A stretch of 64,000 nucleotides of DNA, taken from contig CBDCUI010000008.1 of NCBI GenBank assembly GCA_965222615.1, positions 224,001 to 288,000 of the forward strand, written 5' to 3'. The number at the start of each line of letters is the position of its first letter. Positions within the stretch are counted from its first letter, which is position 1. Positions 39,448 to 50,261 of this stretch are shown in pieces. Made by a program: the position numbers and the translations under genes. Below the pieces are notes generated by a model. The model saw only the letters and a list, made by a program, of their open reading frames with translations. It was not told the DNA's origin and did not search any database. This stretch comes from Gammaproteobacteria bacterium. Its GTDB lineage: Bacteria; Pseudomonadota; Gammaproteobacteria; UBA4575.

Positions 39448-40662
39448 GTGAAAATAGTCCTCTACGTCAATACTTTCCTGCCACATGTGGGAGGGCGAGA
39501 GCTTGTTGTGCATCATCTGGCTCTGGCATTCAAGGGTCTAGGGCATCAAGTGAGAGTAGTTGGCCCTTCTTCTTGGTGGCGTACTAGAGGAGTTAAGTAT
39601 GAGTATCCCGTTCATCGTTATCCAACTTTTGCGGGTCGCAAATCATTAGCTAAACCCGGAATTAAAGCGCGGTTGCGTGAAGCAGAACTTCTTTTGCAAC
39701 TAGCTGTAGATTTGAAAATATGGGGCTGTGACATTATACATGCACATACAACTCACCCATCAGGCTATATTGCGACACGACTTAAAAAAAAGGGATCACA
39801 GACACCAGTAATCATCACGCCACACGGGATCGATATTCATCAGATTCCTGAGATTGGTCACGGCAAAAGACTGAATCCATTTTTACAACCAAAAATAGAA
39901 CAGGTATTACAAGATGCAGATGCCCTAACGGCAATCAGCGGTAGTATACGCGCGTCGCTTTTAGATGCGGGCGCTAACCCGAATAAAATATATCAAATAC
40001 CAAATGGAGTAGATATTAAACGTTTTCAACAGAAAACTAATACTGATGTTCGTAAATCTTTATCGCTACCAGAAGATGCGCGTTTGATCGTAACAGTAGG
40101 CAATTACAATCCGCGTAAGGGGCATGAGGTGCTAATCAACACGATGCCTTCAGTATTGAAACAAGAGCCTCGAGCAAAATTAGTGATTGTGGGTCGTGGT
40201 ACTAATGTTTTGAATTCTTTGGTTCAAAAACTTGGGTTAAATGATAGTGTCTTACTTTTGGGAGAGGTTAAGCTTCCTGCGAAACCAAACATGTATGAAG
40301 GAGGAGACAGGTTGGTTGATATTTATCGTAACAGTAGTGTCTACGTATCAGCTGGTATCGAAGAAGGTGCCGAGGGTCTTTCCTTAGCAGTCTTAGAAGC
40401 AATGGCATCAGGTTTGCCTATTATTGGTACTGATGTTTCAGGTAATAGGGATATTATTTTAAATGGAGAAAATGGTTTTCTGGTCCCTCCGTCAGATTCT
40501 CATCGATTATCAGATAAAATTCTAGAGATATTAAAAAATAATCATGTCCAAAATGAAATGGGAGACAAAGCCTTACAGACTGTACAAGATTTTAGTTGGG
40601 AAAAAATTGCCACTATGTATTTAGAACTTTATAAACAAATGTCTAGAATACAGAATGCATGA
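39448..40662 (+). CDS. Glycosyltransferase family 4
   Basis: GGRE, IPNGVD, RKG, EGLSLAVLEAMASGLPII. Confidence 0.93.
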   Translation: MKIVLYVNTFLPHVGGRELVVHHLALAFKGLGHQVRVVGPSSWWRTRGVKYEYPVHRYPTFAGRKSLAKPGIKARLREAELLLQLAVDLKIWGCDIIHAHTTHPSGYIATRLKKKGSQTPVIITPHGIDIHQIPEIGHGKRLNPFLQPKIEQVLQDADALTAISGSIRASLLDAGANPNKIYQIPNGVDIKRFQQKTNTDVRKSLSLPEDARLIVTVGNYNPRKGHEVLINTMPSVLKQEPRAKLVIVGRGTNVLNSLVQKLGLNDSVLLLGEVKLPAKPNMYEGGDRLVDIYRNSSVYVSAGIEEGAEGLSLAVLEAMASGLPIIGTDVSGNRDIILNGENGFLVPPSDSHRLSDKILEILKNNHVQNEMGDKALQTVQDFSWEKIATMYLELYKQMSRIQNA

Positions 40663-41479
40663 AGTGATGTATACGCATACTCATACACAAAATATACGTC
40701 CGATCAAAACATGGGCGCAATTTGATCGTAATATACGTTCAAAGGGATGTCGTCTATTAGATAAACTAGATAATTTTCCTAAATCAATTTTAGTTGCAGG
40801 TTGCCAACGTTCAGGAACAACTATTTTAGCTAGACTGATTACACAAAACGAGGAAATGGTCAATTACTGGTTTGGTCAAGATGATGAACTTGATGCGGCA
40901 TTAATACTTTCAGGGCATGTTAATCACAAACCCAGAGGTAGATACTGTTTTCAGACTACTTATCTCAACAATTGTGTGGAAGAATATTTTTCACATCAAG
41001 ATTTCAAATTGATATGGGTGCTGCGAAATCCTTTTTCAGTAGTATATTCTATGTTACACAACTGGCGCCGCTCTGCTCTTAATCGGCTTTTTAAATCATG
41101 TGGGTCAAAAATTCTTAATGGCAAGGAAAAACAAAGGTACAATCGATATGGGGTTTGGGCGACTAGACGAATTCATCGTGCTTGTTTTTCTTATAACGCT
41201 AAGGTGTCTCAAATATATGCGTTACAGAAAAATCTTAGTTCTGATCGATTACTGATTATTGACTATGAAGATTTAATTGCTGACAAGCAATATATGCTAA
41301 GCGCCATATATAAGTTTGCAGATCTAAAATTTAGTGACCACTATGCATTGCAATTAAGTGATAAGAGTGCAAACAAAGCAACCCGCTATCAGTCAAGTAA
41401 GGAAGCTGCATACGTAAAGTCTTTTTGCCAACCAGTTTATGATGAGGCCAAAGCACTGTTGTCAATTCGACCTGCTTAG
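40655..41479 (+). CDS. Sulfotransferase (no. 3)
   Basis: GCQRSGTT, LRNPFSVVYS, IDYEDL. Confidence 0.88.
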   Translation: MHEVMYTHTHTQNIRPIKTWAQFDRNIRSKGCRLLDKLDNFPKSILVAGCQRSGTTILARLITQNEEMVNYWFGQDDELDAALILSGHVNHKPRGRYCFQTTYLNNCVEEYFSHQDFKLIWVLRNPFSVVYSMLHNWRRSALNRLFKSCGSKILNGKEKQRYNRYGVWATRRIHRACFSYNAKVSQIYALQKNLSSDRLLIIDYEDLIADKQYMLSAIYKFADLKFSDHYALQLSDKSANKATRYQSSKEAAYVKSFCQPVYDEAKALLSIRPA

Positions 41480-41512
41480 CTCATATTTACATTTACGTGA
41501 ACACAAATAAAA

Positions 41513-42805
41513 ATGTCTTCTACTGCATATAACTCTGATTCAAAACTAAATATATTGTTTATTAGTTCAGATAAGTATCCACCTTTTCGTCCTGCAGCTA
41601 AGGCTATATATATGGAAGAGCTTCCCATGAGGGGTTATCGAATTGATTGGCTTTTACAGTCAGAGGGTGCTTGTAATAGTGATTACACTACTGTGAATGG
41701 TAGTGGAACTATTTACGTTGGTGCAACAGATTTGGGAAATTCGAGATTGTCGCGTATAAAAAAGCATATGCTTGATATCATTAATGATTACAAGTTATTT
41801 AAACTTGCAAAGCAGCGTCAATATGATGTGATACAGGTTAAAGATAAGTATTTGTCAACTTTAATGGCCATTGTTGCTGCAAAAAAGTTTGGAATTCCTC
41901 TGGTTTTTTGGATTGCTTTCCCTCATGCAGAAGCCTCGATTTATGAATCTAAAAAAGGCATAGCTAGATATAAGATTTTATATTGGCTTAGGGGATATAT
42001 TTTAAAGTTTCTACTTTACAAAATTATCTTTCCCGCAGCTGATCATGCATTTGTTCAGAGTGAACAAATGAAGCGGGATATCATCAATGAAGGAATTCAA
42101 GGCGAGAAGCTAACACCCATTCCGGGCTCAGTAAATTTAGAAGTAATACCATACAAAAAAAGGCCTACTACAAGTTCTAAAGTTGATGCTGATTCTATGG
42201 ATCAAAGTATTGTTTACCTTGGAACATTAAACCGGATGAGGCAACTTGATTTCATTATCAAAGCTTTTCAAATAGTCTTCGAGCAGTACCAGGAGGTTAA
42301 GCTCTATATGATTGGAAAAGGTGATATGGAGGATGATGAAATTTTTCTAAAATCCATAGTAGCTGAATTAGGGCTAAAAGAGGCAGTTGTGTTCACAGGG
42401 TATATGCCAATGAAAAAAGCATGGCAATACATTGAAAATGCTTCTGTATGTCTTTCCCCTTATTTTCCTACTCCAATTCTTAACTCAACTTCTCCTACCA
42501 AATTGATCGAATACATGGCGATGGGAAAAGCAGTAGTTGGAAATGATCACCCTGAACAAAAGCTTGTGATTGAACAAAGTGGAGCAGGAATTTGCACACC
42601 ATGGGAGGAGGCCGCATTTGCTCAGGCTATAATTACTTTATTAAAGAATCCAATCGAGACCAATACTATGGGGCTGAAGGGGAGACAGTATGTAGAAAAA
42701 TATCGTAGTAATAGTGCAATGGCTGGCGTAGTAGACACCACATATAAGCGAATTTGCGGTATTGACAATGTACAGATTATGACAGATTCAAGTCGCTTAG
42801 CTTAA
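41513..42805 (+). CDS. Glycosyltransferase family 4
   Basis: YLGTL, SPTKLIEYMAMGKAVV. Confidence 0.9.
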   Translation: MSSTAYNSDSKLNILFISSDKYPPFRPAAKAIYMEELPMRGYRIDWLLQSEGACNSDYTTVNGSGTIYVGATDLGNSRLSRIKKHMLDIINDYKLFKLAKQRQYDVIQVKDKYLSTLMAIVAAKKFGIPLVFWIAFPHAEASIYESKKGIARYKILYWLRGYILKFLLYKIIFPAADHAFVQSEQMKRDIINEGIQGEKLTPIPGSVNLEVIPYKKRPTTSSKVDADSMDQSIVYLGTLNRMRQLDFIIKAFQIVFEQYQEVKLYMIGKGDMEDDEIFLKSIVAELGLKEAVVFTGYMPMKKAWQYIENASVCLSPYFPTPILNSTSPTKLIEYMAMGKAVVGNDHPEQKLVIEQSGAGICTPWEEAAFAQAIITLLKNPIETNTMGLKGRQYVEKYRSNSAMAGVVDTTYKRICGIDNVQIMTDSSRLA

Positions 42806-42833
42806 GATCTCAATATAAATAGATGAGTTAAAA

Positions 42834-44054
42834 GTGTCTGGATTGCAAACAGATCAACACGATTTTATAGACGAAATTCGTTATGCCTATGTGAAAAACG
42901 GTGATGTCGTTGCACAGTTTGAAAGAATCTTAGCGGCTGGAGCTAAAAAAATAACTAGTGGGCCAGATGCTTTCATTTACGATTTTTTGCAAGCCGTGCA
43001 GAATAATCCAAAGCTACTTCTATCCAGAAGCACACGTAATGCCTTATTTCAAAAAGATGAAAGTGCAGTAAAGGCTAGAGTGTTTATGGAGCGCGGGCCT
43101 CATTTAGGTAGATTATTGCAAGGACCTGTCTCAACTATTCGGATTTTTTTGCATTTACTCTTATTTAGACCGCAACGAATATTGTGTGGAACCACAGGGG
43201 GCCCGTTGTGGGCTTGTTTTGTTATATCAAAGATTTTTTCTTCTCCATTGGTGCATTCTAGGCATAATCGAGTTTCCAGCAATGCAGAATCTTGGCACCG
43301 AAAGTTGTCGTTATGTATTGATCGTTGGTGCATTTGTCGTCTACAAGCCGTTATTTGCCATGGCCCTTTTCTTAAACAAGAGCTTTTGGATGTAGGTGTA
43401 CCAAAACATCGAATTTTCGAATTCGATGTGAGCTTTGATGATTTGCTCAAATGCAAACAGGAAGACCTGATAGCGTCTTACTACACAGATCTTATAGATT
43501 CTAGATTTATCTTGTACTTTGGTCGTATTGAGACTAATAAGGGGATTTTCGATCTATTAACTGCTTACATAGAAATACTTAAAGAAGATTCAAGTTTACA
43601 GCTAGTTTATGTAGGTACTGGATCGCAAATAGAAACACTTAAAGCCAAGATTGAAAAAGCTGGTTTATCTAAAAAAGTATTATTATTGGGAAAAGTTCCC
43701 CATGATGATCTTGTGCACATTATCAAGCTGAGTATTGCTGTGGTAACGCCTACTCGCTCTGATTTCCCTGAAGGTCGATGTATGGCTGCTATGGAGAGTT
43801 TAGTAATGGGAGTTCCTGTTATCGCACCAAATTTTGGTCCATTTCCATACTTGATTAACCATGGTTTGAATGGCTTACTGTATATCCCAGATTCAGTTCA
43901 AGATCTGAAATTAAAAATTTCAAATTTGTTGAGTGATAATGATCTATATATGAACTTGTCTGAAGGAGCGTGTAAAAGTGGGAAGCAACTAATGAATTCA
44001 GTTTCATTTAGTCAAGCAGTTAAAAATGCTTTTTCATTAAAAGATGTAAATTAA
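42834..44054 (+). CDS. Glycosyltransferase family 4
   Basis: YFGRIETNKG, EGRCMAAMESLVMGVPVI. Confidence 0.9.
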   Translation: MSGLQTDQHDFIDEIRYAYVKNGDVVAQFERILAAGAKKITSGPDAFIYDFLQAVQNNPKLLLSRSTRNALFQKDESAVKARVFMERGPHLGRLLQGPVSTIRIFLHLLLFRPQRILCGTTGGPLWACFVISKIFSSPLVHSRHNRVSSNAESWHRKLSLCIDRWCICRLQAVICHGPFLKQELLDVGVPKHRIFEFDVSFDDLLKCKQEDLIASYYTDLIDSRFILYFGRIETNKGIFDLLTAYIEILKEDSSLQLVYVGTGSQIETLKAKIEKAGLSKKVLLLGKVPHDDLVHIIKLSIAVVTPTRSDFPEGRCMAAMESLVMGVPVIAPNFGPFPYLINHGLNGLLYIPDSVQDLKLKISNLLSDNDLYMNLSEGACKSGKQLMNSVSFSQAVKNAFSLKDVN

Positions 44055-44070
44055 TTCAAAGGAATGGAAA

Positions 44071-44940
44071 TTGACGAGCCAGTTTCAATTGTGGAAGGAT
44101 AGAGCGCAGCGAGTACATGCAAGATCGTTACTTGCAGCTAATGATATAAGACGTGCATTTAATTGGTATGTTATGAATGACCGCGTTCATTACAAACAAC
44201 ATAGTCAAAATATTATAAATGATCATAAATGGTGTTTTATTGTTGGTTGCAATAATTCGGGTACCAGCCTAGTGCAAAGAATTCTGGAGCAATCCGGCCA
44301 GATAAGCACATTCCCTTTTGAGGGGCAACGTTACACTAGAACCTTAACACGTGCTTACAAACGTGGATATGAGCGTGTATGGAGTGAATATTTAAAGGAT
44401 CTTCGACTTACACAAGAAGATTCAAAAGCATGTGTGCCACGACTGGTTCACGATTGGGTAGAGTCAATGAAATCTCCACTTAGGGGAATAATTGTAGAAA
44501 AAACCACGGCGAATGCTGTACGAATGACTTGGTTACAAGAAGTATTTCCAAATAGTTATTTTATTGGAATTGTACGTAACGGTTATGCAGTAACAGAGGG
44601 TATTCGAAGAAAAGGAGGTAAGTCAGTCGAGCGTGGGGCTCGGCATTGGGATCTTGTAAATAAGATAATGATCAACGATGCGAAATCCGTAGCTAATTAT
44701 TTGGAAGTTCATTATGAAGATATAGCTGAAAGAAAACCAGACAGTATTCAAAAGTTAGCAAAATTTATTGATCTTGATAGTAAGCACTTTAATTTAGAAA
44801 CTTCCCGTGGACAAACTATTCGCAACTTTAATCATGAAAGCATTCAAAGGCTCTCTCGTGATGATATCGAAACCATACGATCTATTGCTGGAGAAATGCT
44901 TGAATATCACGGTTATTCGGCCTTAGTGGAAGGCGTATAA
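44071..44940 (+). CDS. Sulfotransferase (no. 4)
   Basis: FIVGCNNSGTS, VEKT, VRNG, VHYED. Confidence 0.82.
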   Translation: MTSQFQLWKDRAQRVHARSLLAANDIRRAFNWYVMNDRVHYKQHSQNIINDHKWCFIVGCNNSGTSLVQRILEQSGQISTFPFEGQRYTRTLTRAYKRGYERVWSEYLKDLRLTQEDSKACVPRLVHDWVESMKSPLRGIIVEKTTANAVRMTWLQEVFPNSYFIGIVRNGYAVTEGIRRKGGKSVERGARHWDLVNKIMINDAKSVANYLEVHYEDIAERKPDSIQKLAKFIDLDSKHFNLETSRGQTIRNFNHESIQRLSRDDIETIRSIAGEMLEYHGYSALVEGV

Positions 44941-44971
44941 AGAATATTTTGAATGAGAACTAATTCAGGGA

Positions 44972-45784
44972 GTGTTTATGAAAACTTCGTTTATATATAT
45001 AGCATCCCTAAGGCGTACTGGCTCTACAGTGCTTAGCGAAGCGTTGACATCTCTCCCAGAGCGTTTCATCTTTAGGGAACCAAAGCTCGCAAAAAATAGA
45101 TTTACTGCAAAAAAGAGCGATATTGAACTATTGCGAAAATATGGAATCGACCTGCAGCCATTTGTAGATCGCTGGTCAAAAAAATCACCCATTCAACGAT
45201 GGGTAAAACATGGAAAGCTTATTTCAAAATTCAAATCAGAAATAATGCCACAGTTGCTTGCAGTTATTTCCCAAATTGGCGTAAAGGAAATCCATCATAG
45301 TAACTGGAAAGCATATTATTCCCACTTCCCTGATATGAAAATCATATTAACTGCACGAGATCCTAGGGATATATATATCTCCGTATACAATCGAGCAATT
45401 AAAGGCATAGGCACCTTTAAGTCGGGGTTATCTGCTAAGCAACTTGCGCGTGATTTAAATCGGGAATTTAAATGTCAGTTACAGATGTTCGATACAGGCT
45501 CAAGTATGAAAGTACGCTACGAGGATTTTTGTTTAGATAAAACAATCTTAAGCAATATATTGTCGTTTGTCGGAGATCAGTCGAATGCCATAGGTGATAT
45601 AGGTGCATTTAATGCTTTAAATCCTATTCGTCAAGAGGAATATAAGCTGCATGGAAATAAAATTTCAGATATTCGAGTTAACAGGTGGCAGCACGAGTCT
45701 GATTTAGAGGTTGTTGCTAATGCTCAGAAAGTATTCACATTAATGCCGGAATACACAGAGTTTTGGGGGTATAGGAGAGATTAA
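44972..45784 (+). CDS. Sulfotransferase (no. 5)
   Basis: SLRRTGST, FREP, GVKE, RDPRDIYIS, VRYEDF. Confidence 0.85.
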   Translation: MFMKTSFIYIASLRRTGSTVLSEALTSLPERFIFREPKLAKNRFTAKKSDIELLRKYGIDLQPFVDRWSKKSPIQRWVKHGKLISKFKSEIMPQLLAVISQIGVKEIHHSNWKAYYSHFPDMKIILTARDPRDIYISVYNRAIKGIGTFKSGLSAKQLARDLNREFKCQLQMFDTGSSMKVRYEDFCLDKTILSNILSFVGDQSNAIGDIGAFNALNPIRQEEYKLHGNKISDIRVNRWQHESDLEVVANAQKVFTLMPEYTEFWGYRRD

Positions 45785-45786
45785 TC

Positions 45787-46905
45787 TTGTGTTCCAAAAC
45801 AGCTAAAGAAAAAAAAGTTATCTGCATTATCATGGGAGGGCATTTTTCCGTCACGATTGGGGGAGCGCAATATCAAGCCAAATGCATTGTAGATGAGCTT
45901 AAGAAAGTCGAGAATTATGAAATTTACTATCTCGCGCGTGCTGTAGATTCCCAGTTTTATCCGCAAGGTTACCAAATTGTTAAAATTGCTGAACATAAAG
46001 GCTTAAGAAGGTATGCATTTTTTTTTGATGCTAGACGGTTACTTCGCCTTTTGAAAGATATTCGGCCAGATGTGATTTATCAGCGAGGATTAAAGTCTTA
46101 CACTGGGATTGCAGCTTATTATGCAAACAGACATTCTTGCAAAATGATTTTTCATACTGCCCATGATCGCAATGTGCAACCTAAAGTAACGAACTGGCTT
46201 ACACTACAGCTCCCTTTTCAAATCATTGAGAATTCAATTGCAGAATATGGTCTGAAAATGGTGGAGCATATTGTGGTTCAGACAAAACAACAGGCTGATA
46301 TGTTGCATAGTAATTATCAACGTGAGGTATCTGCCATTATTCCTAATTTTCATCCTTTACCTCACGAGACGATTGATAAGTCTGGGCCGATAAAAGTAGT
46401 GTGGGTTGCAAATTTTAAACCGATGAAACGTCCTGAGATTTTTGTGAAGTTAGCAAAAGATCTCCAGTATATTGATAAAGTAGAATTTATTATGGTGGGG
46501 AGGACAGGAGAGTCCAAATTATATGAAAATTTGCATAAAGAGATTTTACAACTGAAAAATCTAAATTATCTTGGTGAGATTCCGATTGAAGATGTGAACG
46601 AGTTACTAGCGTTGGCTCATATTTTTGTTAATACGAGTGTAGCAGAAGGGTTCCCTAATACCTTTATACAAGCCTGGATGCGCAAAGTACCCGTCGTTAG
46701 TATGACATTTAATGCTGATAATGTTCTGGATAAAAATGATATTGGATTTTTCGGAGGAACATATGAAGGTTTAAAGGCTGCTGTAAAAAAGTTGATAGAA
46801 GATAAAAAATTACAGTGCGAGATGGGGGAGCGGGCTCAGTCCTATGCCTTTGAGCATTATTCACCTAGAAATGTAAAAAAATTGATTTCTCTAATAGAGA
46901 GCTAA
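45787..46905 (+). CDS. Glycosyltransferase family 4
   Basis: GGAQ, KRPE, EGFPNTFIQAW. Confidence 0.9.
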   Translation: MCSKTAKEKKVICIIMGGHFSVTIGGAQYQAKCIVDELKKVENYEIYYLARAVDSQFYPQGYQIVKIAEHKGLRRYAFFFDARRLLRLLKDIRPDVIYQRGLKSYTGIAAYYANRHSCKMIFHTAHDRNVQPKVTNWLTLQLPFQIIENSIAEYGLKMVEHIVVQTKQQADMLHSNYQREVSAIIPNFHPLPHETIDKSGPIKVVWVANFKPMKRPEIFVKLAKDLQYIDKVEFIMVGRTGESKLYENLHKEILQLKNLNYLGEIPIEDVNELLALAHIFVNTSVAEGFPNTFIQAWMRKVPVVSMTFNADNVLDKNDIGFFGGTYEGLKAAVKKLIEDKKLQCEMGERAQSYAFEHYSPRNVKKLISLIES

Positions 46906-46917
46906 TGAAGGATTAAA

Positions 46918-47844
46918 GTGTCTAAGATCATTATACATTTAGGGTTACACAAAACGGCAACTGGAACGCTACAACGGCAGTTTTTCCCTGCGTGTGAAGG
47001 ATTAAATCTTCTCACTACTAGAAAACCAATGATAAAGGCATTTGTAGAAGAGGTCACGAGGCGTGATCCACTTTTTTTTGATATAGAAAAAGCTAAAGAG
47101 CTTTTTTTTTCTGAAGTTAATACACAAAAAATAAACCTGTTATCGAATGAATCTTTATCGGGGCCGCCATATGCAGGTGTTATTGAAGCGGGCCTGGATC
47201 ACCGTTCACCAGTGCTACGTAATTTAGCTAGTGTATTACCAGATTCCAAAGTGATATTAGTGTTGCGAAAGCAAGATGCACTTGCAAAATCGTTTTATCG
47301 ACAATACCTCAAATCTGGTGGTACTCGAGGAGTGCGGAGATTTTATGGTTTCGAAACAGATAAGGGTCCAGCGTTGATGTCCTTAGATCGCTTTATTTAT
47401 TCTAAATATGTCGATGCAATCGTTACTTTTTTTCGGGCGGAGGTTTTAATATTACCGTTTGAAGAATTCATTCGAAATCAGCCCTTATTCCTGAAAAAAA
47501 TTACCAATTTTATAGGCGTACCCATGCCTAATATTGAGCTTAAGCAGGAGAACGCTACACGTCTTGGTCCGCTAGGCATGGAAGTCAGTCGTATGTTGAA
47601 TCATTTGTTCCGTAGTTTGCTTAATCCTGGTGGAATATTGCCAGGAATTGACCCGGCACGAGAAGGAGCTAATTATCGAATAAGCCCAGTTCAATTATTG
47701 CATGACAAATGGCCTAAAGCTGGCAAAATCAAAGAAGGTGAGGTTTTTCAAGTTGCATCTCAAATATTTAAGATGGTGCAAGAAGATAATGAAGTGCTGG
47801 ATAATAAATTTAATCTGAATCTTAAAAGCTATAACTATTATTAG
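46918..47844 (+). CDS. Sulfotransferase-fold protein (no. 6)
   Basis: HLGLHKTATGTLQ, LSNESL, LRKQD...SFYRQ, PFEE. Confidence 0.78.
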   Translation: MSKIIIHLGLHKTATGTLQRQFFPACEGLNLLTTRKPMIKAFVEEVTRRDPLFFDIEKAKELFFSEVNTQKINLLSNESLSGPPYAGVIEAGLDHRSPVLRNLASVLPDSKVILVLRKQDALAKSFYRQYLKSGGTRGVRRFYGFETDKGPALMSLDRFIYSKYVDAIVTFFRAEVLILPFEEFIRNQPLFLKKITNFIGVPMPNIELKQENATRLGPLGMEVSRMLNHLFRSLLNPGGILPGIDPAREGANYRISPVQLLHDKWPKAGKIKEGEVFQVASQIFKMVQEDNEVLDNKFNLNLKSYNYY

Positions 47845-47929
47845 TGTTAAATAATAGTAAATGTTTAATCTATATATAACTTGCCAAATTTTATCTATTT
47901 TAATGATCTAGTGTGATCTTGTAGTAAAA

Positions 47930-48853
47930 GTGACAAATATATTTCTGCATATTGGCTTGCATAAAACTGCAACAACCACCTTACAGCAGCAGTTTTTCCC
48001 AGTTTGCAAAGAGTTGAATTATATTTCTAGAGTGCCTGTTATCAGTGAATTCAAGCGTGCAGTAGTAACCAGTGACCCGATATTTTATGATGCTGAAAAT
48101 CAACGCAAACTGTTATCTCCATATTTGCATCATGATCTTCCAAATCTGTTATCTGCTGAATCTTTTTCTGGTGCTTTATACGCTGGATTAATAAAGCATG
48201 GCTTAGACCATCGTTCTTCAATATTAGAAAATTTAAAGGCATCGCTACCGGAGGCTAGAATCATTATTGTTTTGAGAAGACAAGATAGGCTCGCAAGATC
48301 TTTATATCGACAATATCTTAAGCGAGGTGGGACGGCAAGCGTAGATAAATTTTATGGACTTGATACCAAAACAACAGCTATGTTTCCCTTGAATCGTTTT
48401 CGATTTAGCCCGTATGTTGACAAGCTTGCGAGTTGTTTTCCGGCTGGCGTTCTAGTACTTGTTTTTGAAGAATTTTTAGAACAACAATCTGTATTTCTAA
48501 AAAAATTATGTGATTTTATAGATATACCAGTACCAAATATCGTGCTTACAAAGAGCAACCAGACTAGTTTGGGGCCTGCTGGTATGGAACTTAGCCGTAT
48601 CTTAAACAAGTTTTTTAAGAGTCACTTAAATCCAGATGCATTAATACCCAAGATCCCGAAGATAAGAAACCGTTACATTGAATGGACTTGGCCTTCATTT
48701 ATACTGCATGAACATTGGCCTTTTCGAGGCACTCACAATATAGAAAGTCAGCTTTATAAAATAAGTGATGTGATTTTAGATAGAGTTCGTGACGACAACC
48801 GCATTCTTGATAATCGCTATAATCTTGATCTTAGCAGGTATAATTATTATTGA
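47930..48853 (+). CDS. Sulfotransferase-fold protein (no. 7), tandem paralog of 46918-47844
   Basis: HIGLHKTATTTLQ, LSAESF, LRRQD...SLYRQ, VFEE. Confidence 0.78.
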   Translation: MTNIFLHIGLHKTATTTLQQQFFPVCKELNYISRVPVISEFKRAVVTSDPIFYDAENQRKLLSPYLHHDLPNLLSAESFSGALYAGLIKHGLDHRSSILENLKASLPEARIIIVLRRQDRLARSLYRQYLKRGGTASVDKFYGLDTKTTAMFPLNRFRFSPYVDKLASCFPAGVLVLVFEEFLEQQSVFLKKLCDFIDIPVPNIVLTKSNQTSLGPAGMELSRILNKFFKSHLNPDALIPKIPKIRNRYIEWTWPSFILHEHWPFRGTHNIESQLYKISDVILDRVRDDNRILDNRYNLDLSRYNYY

Positions 48854-48998
48854 ACCTGACCCATATAAAATAGGTAATATTTATTTTATCAAATAGCGAA
48901 AAATCAATAATCAGATTATTGAGCCTCTATCTAATTTTCTTAGCTTCATATTCTGTTTTTTTATTGACCATGAGGTCTAGGTATAGAGTGCAAGGCCC

Positions 48999-49940
48999 TT
49001 AATTATTGGTTATACGGATATTTGTTGGCGGTTTAAGTGTGTCATTAGCAGATGTTGACACTGATGCATTGCCACTAGGTGCGACATCGTTATACTTTGC
49101 ATTTGATCCTTTAGCAATGCGTAGTTCATCATGGTAGAAAGTTCGGCTTACGATGTCGGCATCGTAACTTATACCTGCAGCATTCTTTTTTCGCCAATCC
49201 GTTTTATATAATCCAATTTTCATATAAGGTGCTTTTTGGTCATTATAATTGTTAGGCCCAGCCTTGCTGATTACTTTTTTACCGTCTTTCCAAACTTCTA
49301 GAATGCCATCACCTTTATAAGACCACTTTATATGAAATACCCAATCTATCCATTTACCACGTTGATAGCTTCCCAAATCCCAGTGTTTGGTGCCTAATTC
49401 CGGATCATGTTTTGAGCCAATAGCATTAGGGTTCCAGCGATTTACTACTACAAGTTTTGTGTTATGAATCTGTAACGATAAGGGAGGTCCACCAATACCA
49501 CCATTCGTTTCTCCCAGATGTTGGTCAGGGGAATGGTGCCACTGTAATATAGTATCTCCTGCGCGCGAGTCGGGGGAATGATTATTAGGAATTAATACAC
49601 TAATGCCGTACCAGTAATGTTGACCCTGTTGAGTATTTTCTCTAACTTCACCTCGGGGAACTGCTTCAGTTCGATATGAAACATCACTTGTCTTGCGATT
49701 TAAATAGGTTTTGAGCGCTTTTTTACCTGATCGGGTATATTCAGTAGTAATAACTGTACAGTTTCCTGAGCAACGTCCCCACTTATTAGAATTTGGAGGA
49801 TTATTTACTGAACCACTTTCGAAATCTTCATTAAATATCATTGTGGCAAACACTGACTGCATACATGCAATCGTTACTAATAAGCCTAATAAAAGTATTA
49901 CATTTAAAACGGATAACGATTTGAGCTTAGTTATAAACAC
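48999..49940 (-). CDS. Secreted polysaccharide lyase-like protein (jelly-roll Polysacc_lyase / heparin lyase I-like family)
   Basis: Signal peptide, EDFESG, RTE, YWYG, ILQWH, GKWIDW, GILEVWKDG, YMKIGLYK, YHDE. Confidence 0.8.
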   Translation of the reverse strand: MFITKLKSLSVLNVILLLGLLVTIACMQSVFATMIFNEDFESGSVNNPPNSNKWGRCSGNCTVITTEYTRSGKKALKTYLNRKTSDVSYRTEAVPRGEVRENTQQGQHYWYGISVLIPNNHSPDSRAGDTILQWHHSPDQHLGETNGGIGGPPLSLQIHNTKLVVVNRWNPNAIGSKHDPELGTKHWDLGSYQRGKWIDWVFHIKWSYKGDGILEVWKDGKKVISKAGPNNYNDQKAPYMKIGLYKTDWRKKNAAGISYDADIVSRTFYHDELRIAKGSNAKYNDVAPSGNASVSTSANDTLKPPTNIRITNN

Positions 49941-50261
49941 AGTGCCTCCACAAAAAGTTGAAGTTTTTTAAATTTAGGTAACAGAAATTAAATGTTATTA
50001 TTACGTTATTATTAAATTCTTAAGGTATAAGATTGTAACTAGAAAAATAGTACTAACTTAGTTTTTAGCTAATCAAGTACTAAATATAGCAAATCAAATA
50101 ACCGCATTCATGTATATATCAATATCTAGGACGAATGGTTACATTTTCTTGATATACGGTTCTGTATAGCTTGCAACAACTATTTATAAATAGTGGGTCT
50201 ATTTCAGATACGAATGTCGGTCATTATCAGCGGTTGTCAATGAGATTTAACACCTAGATTT

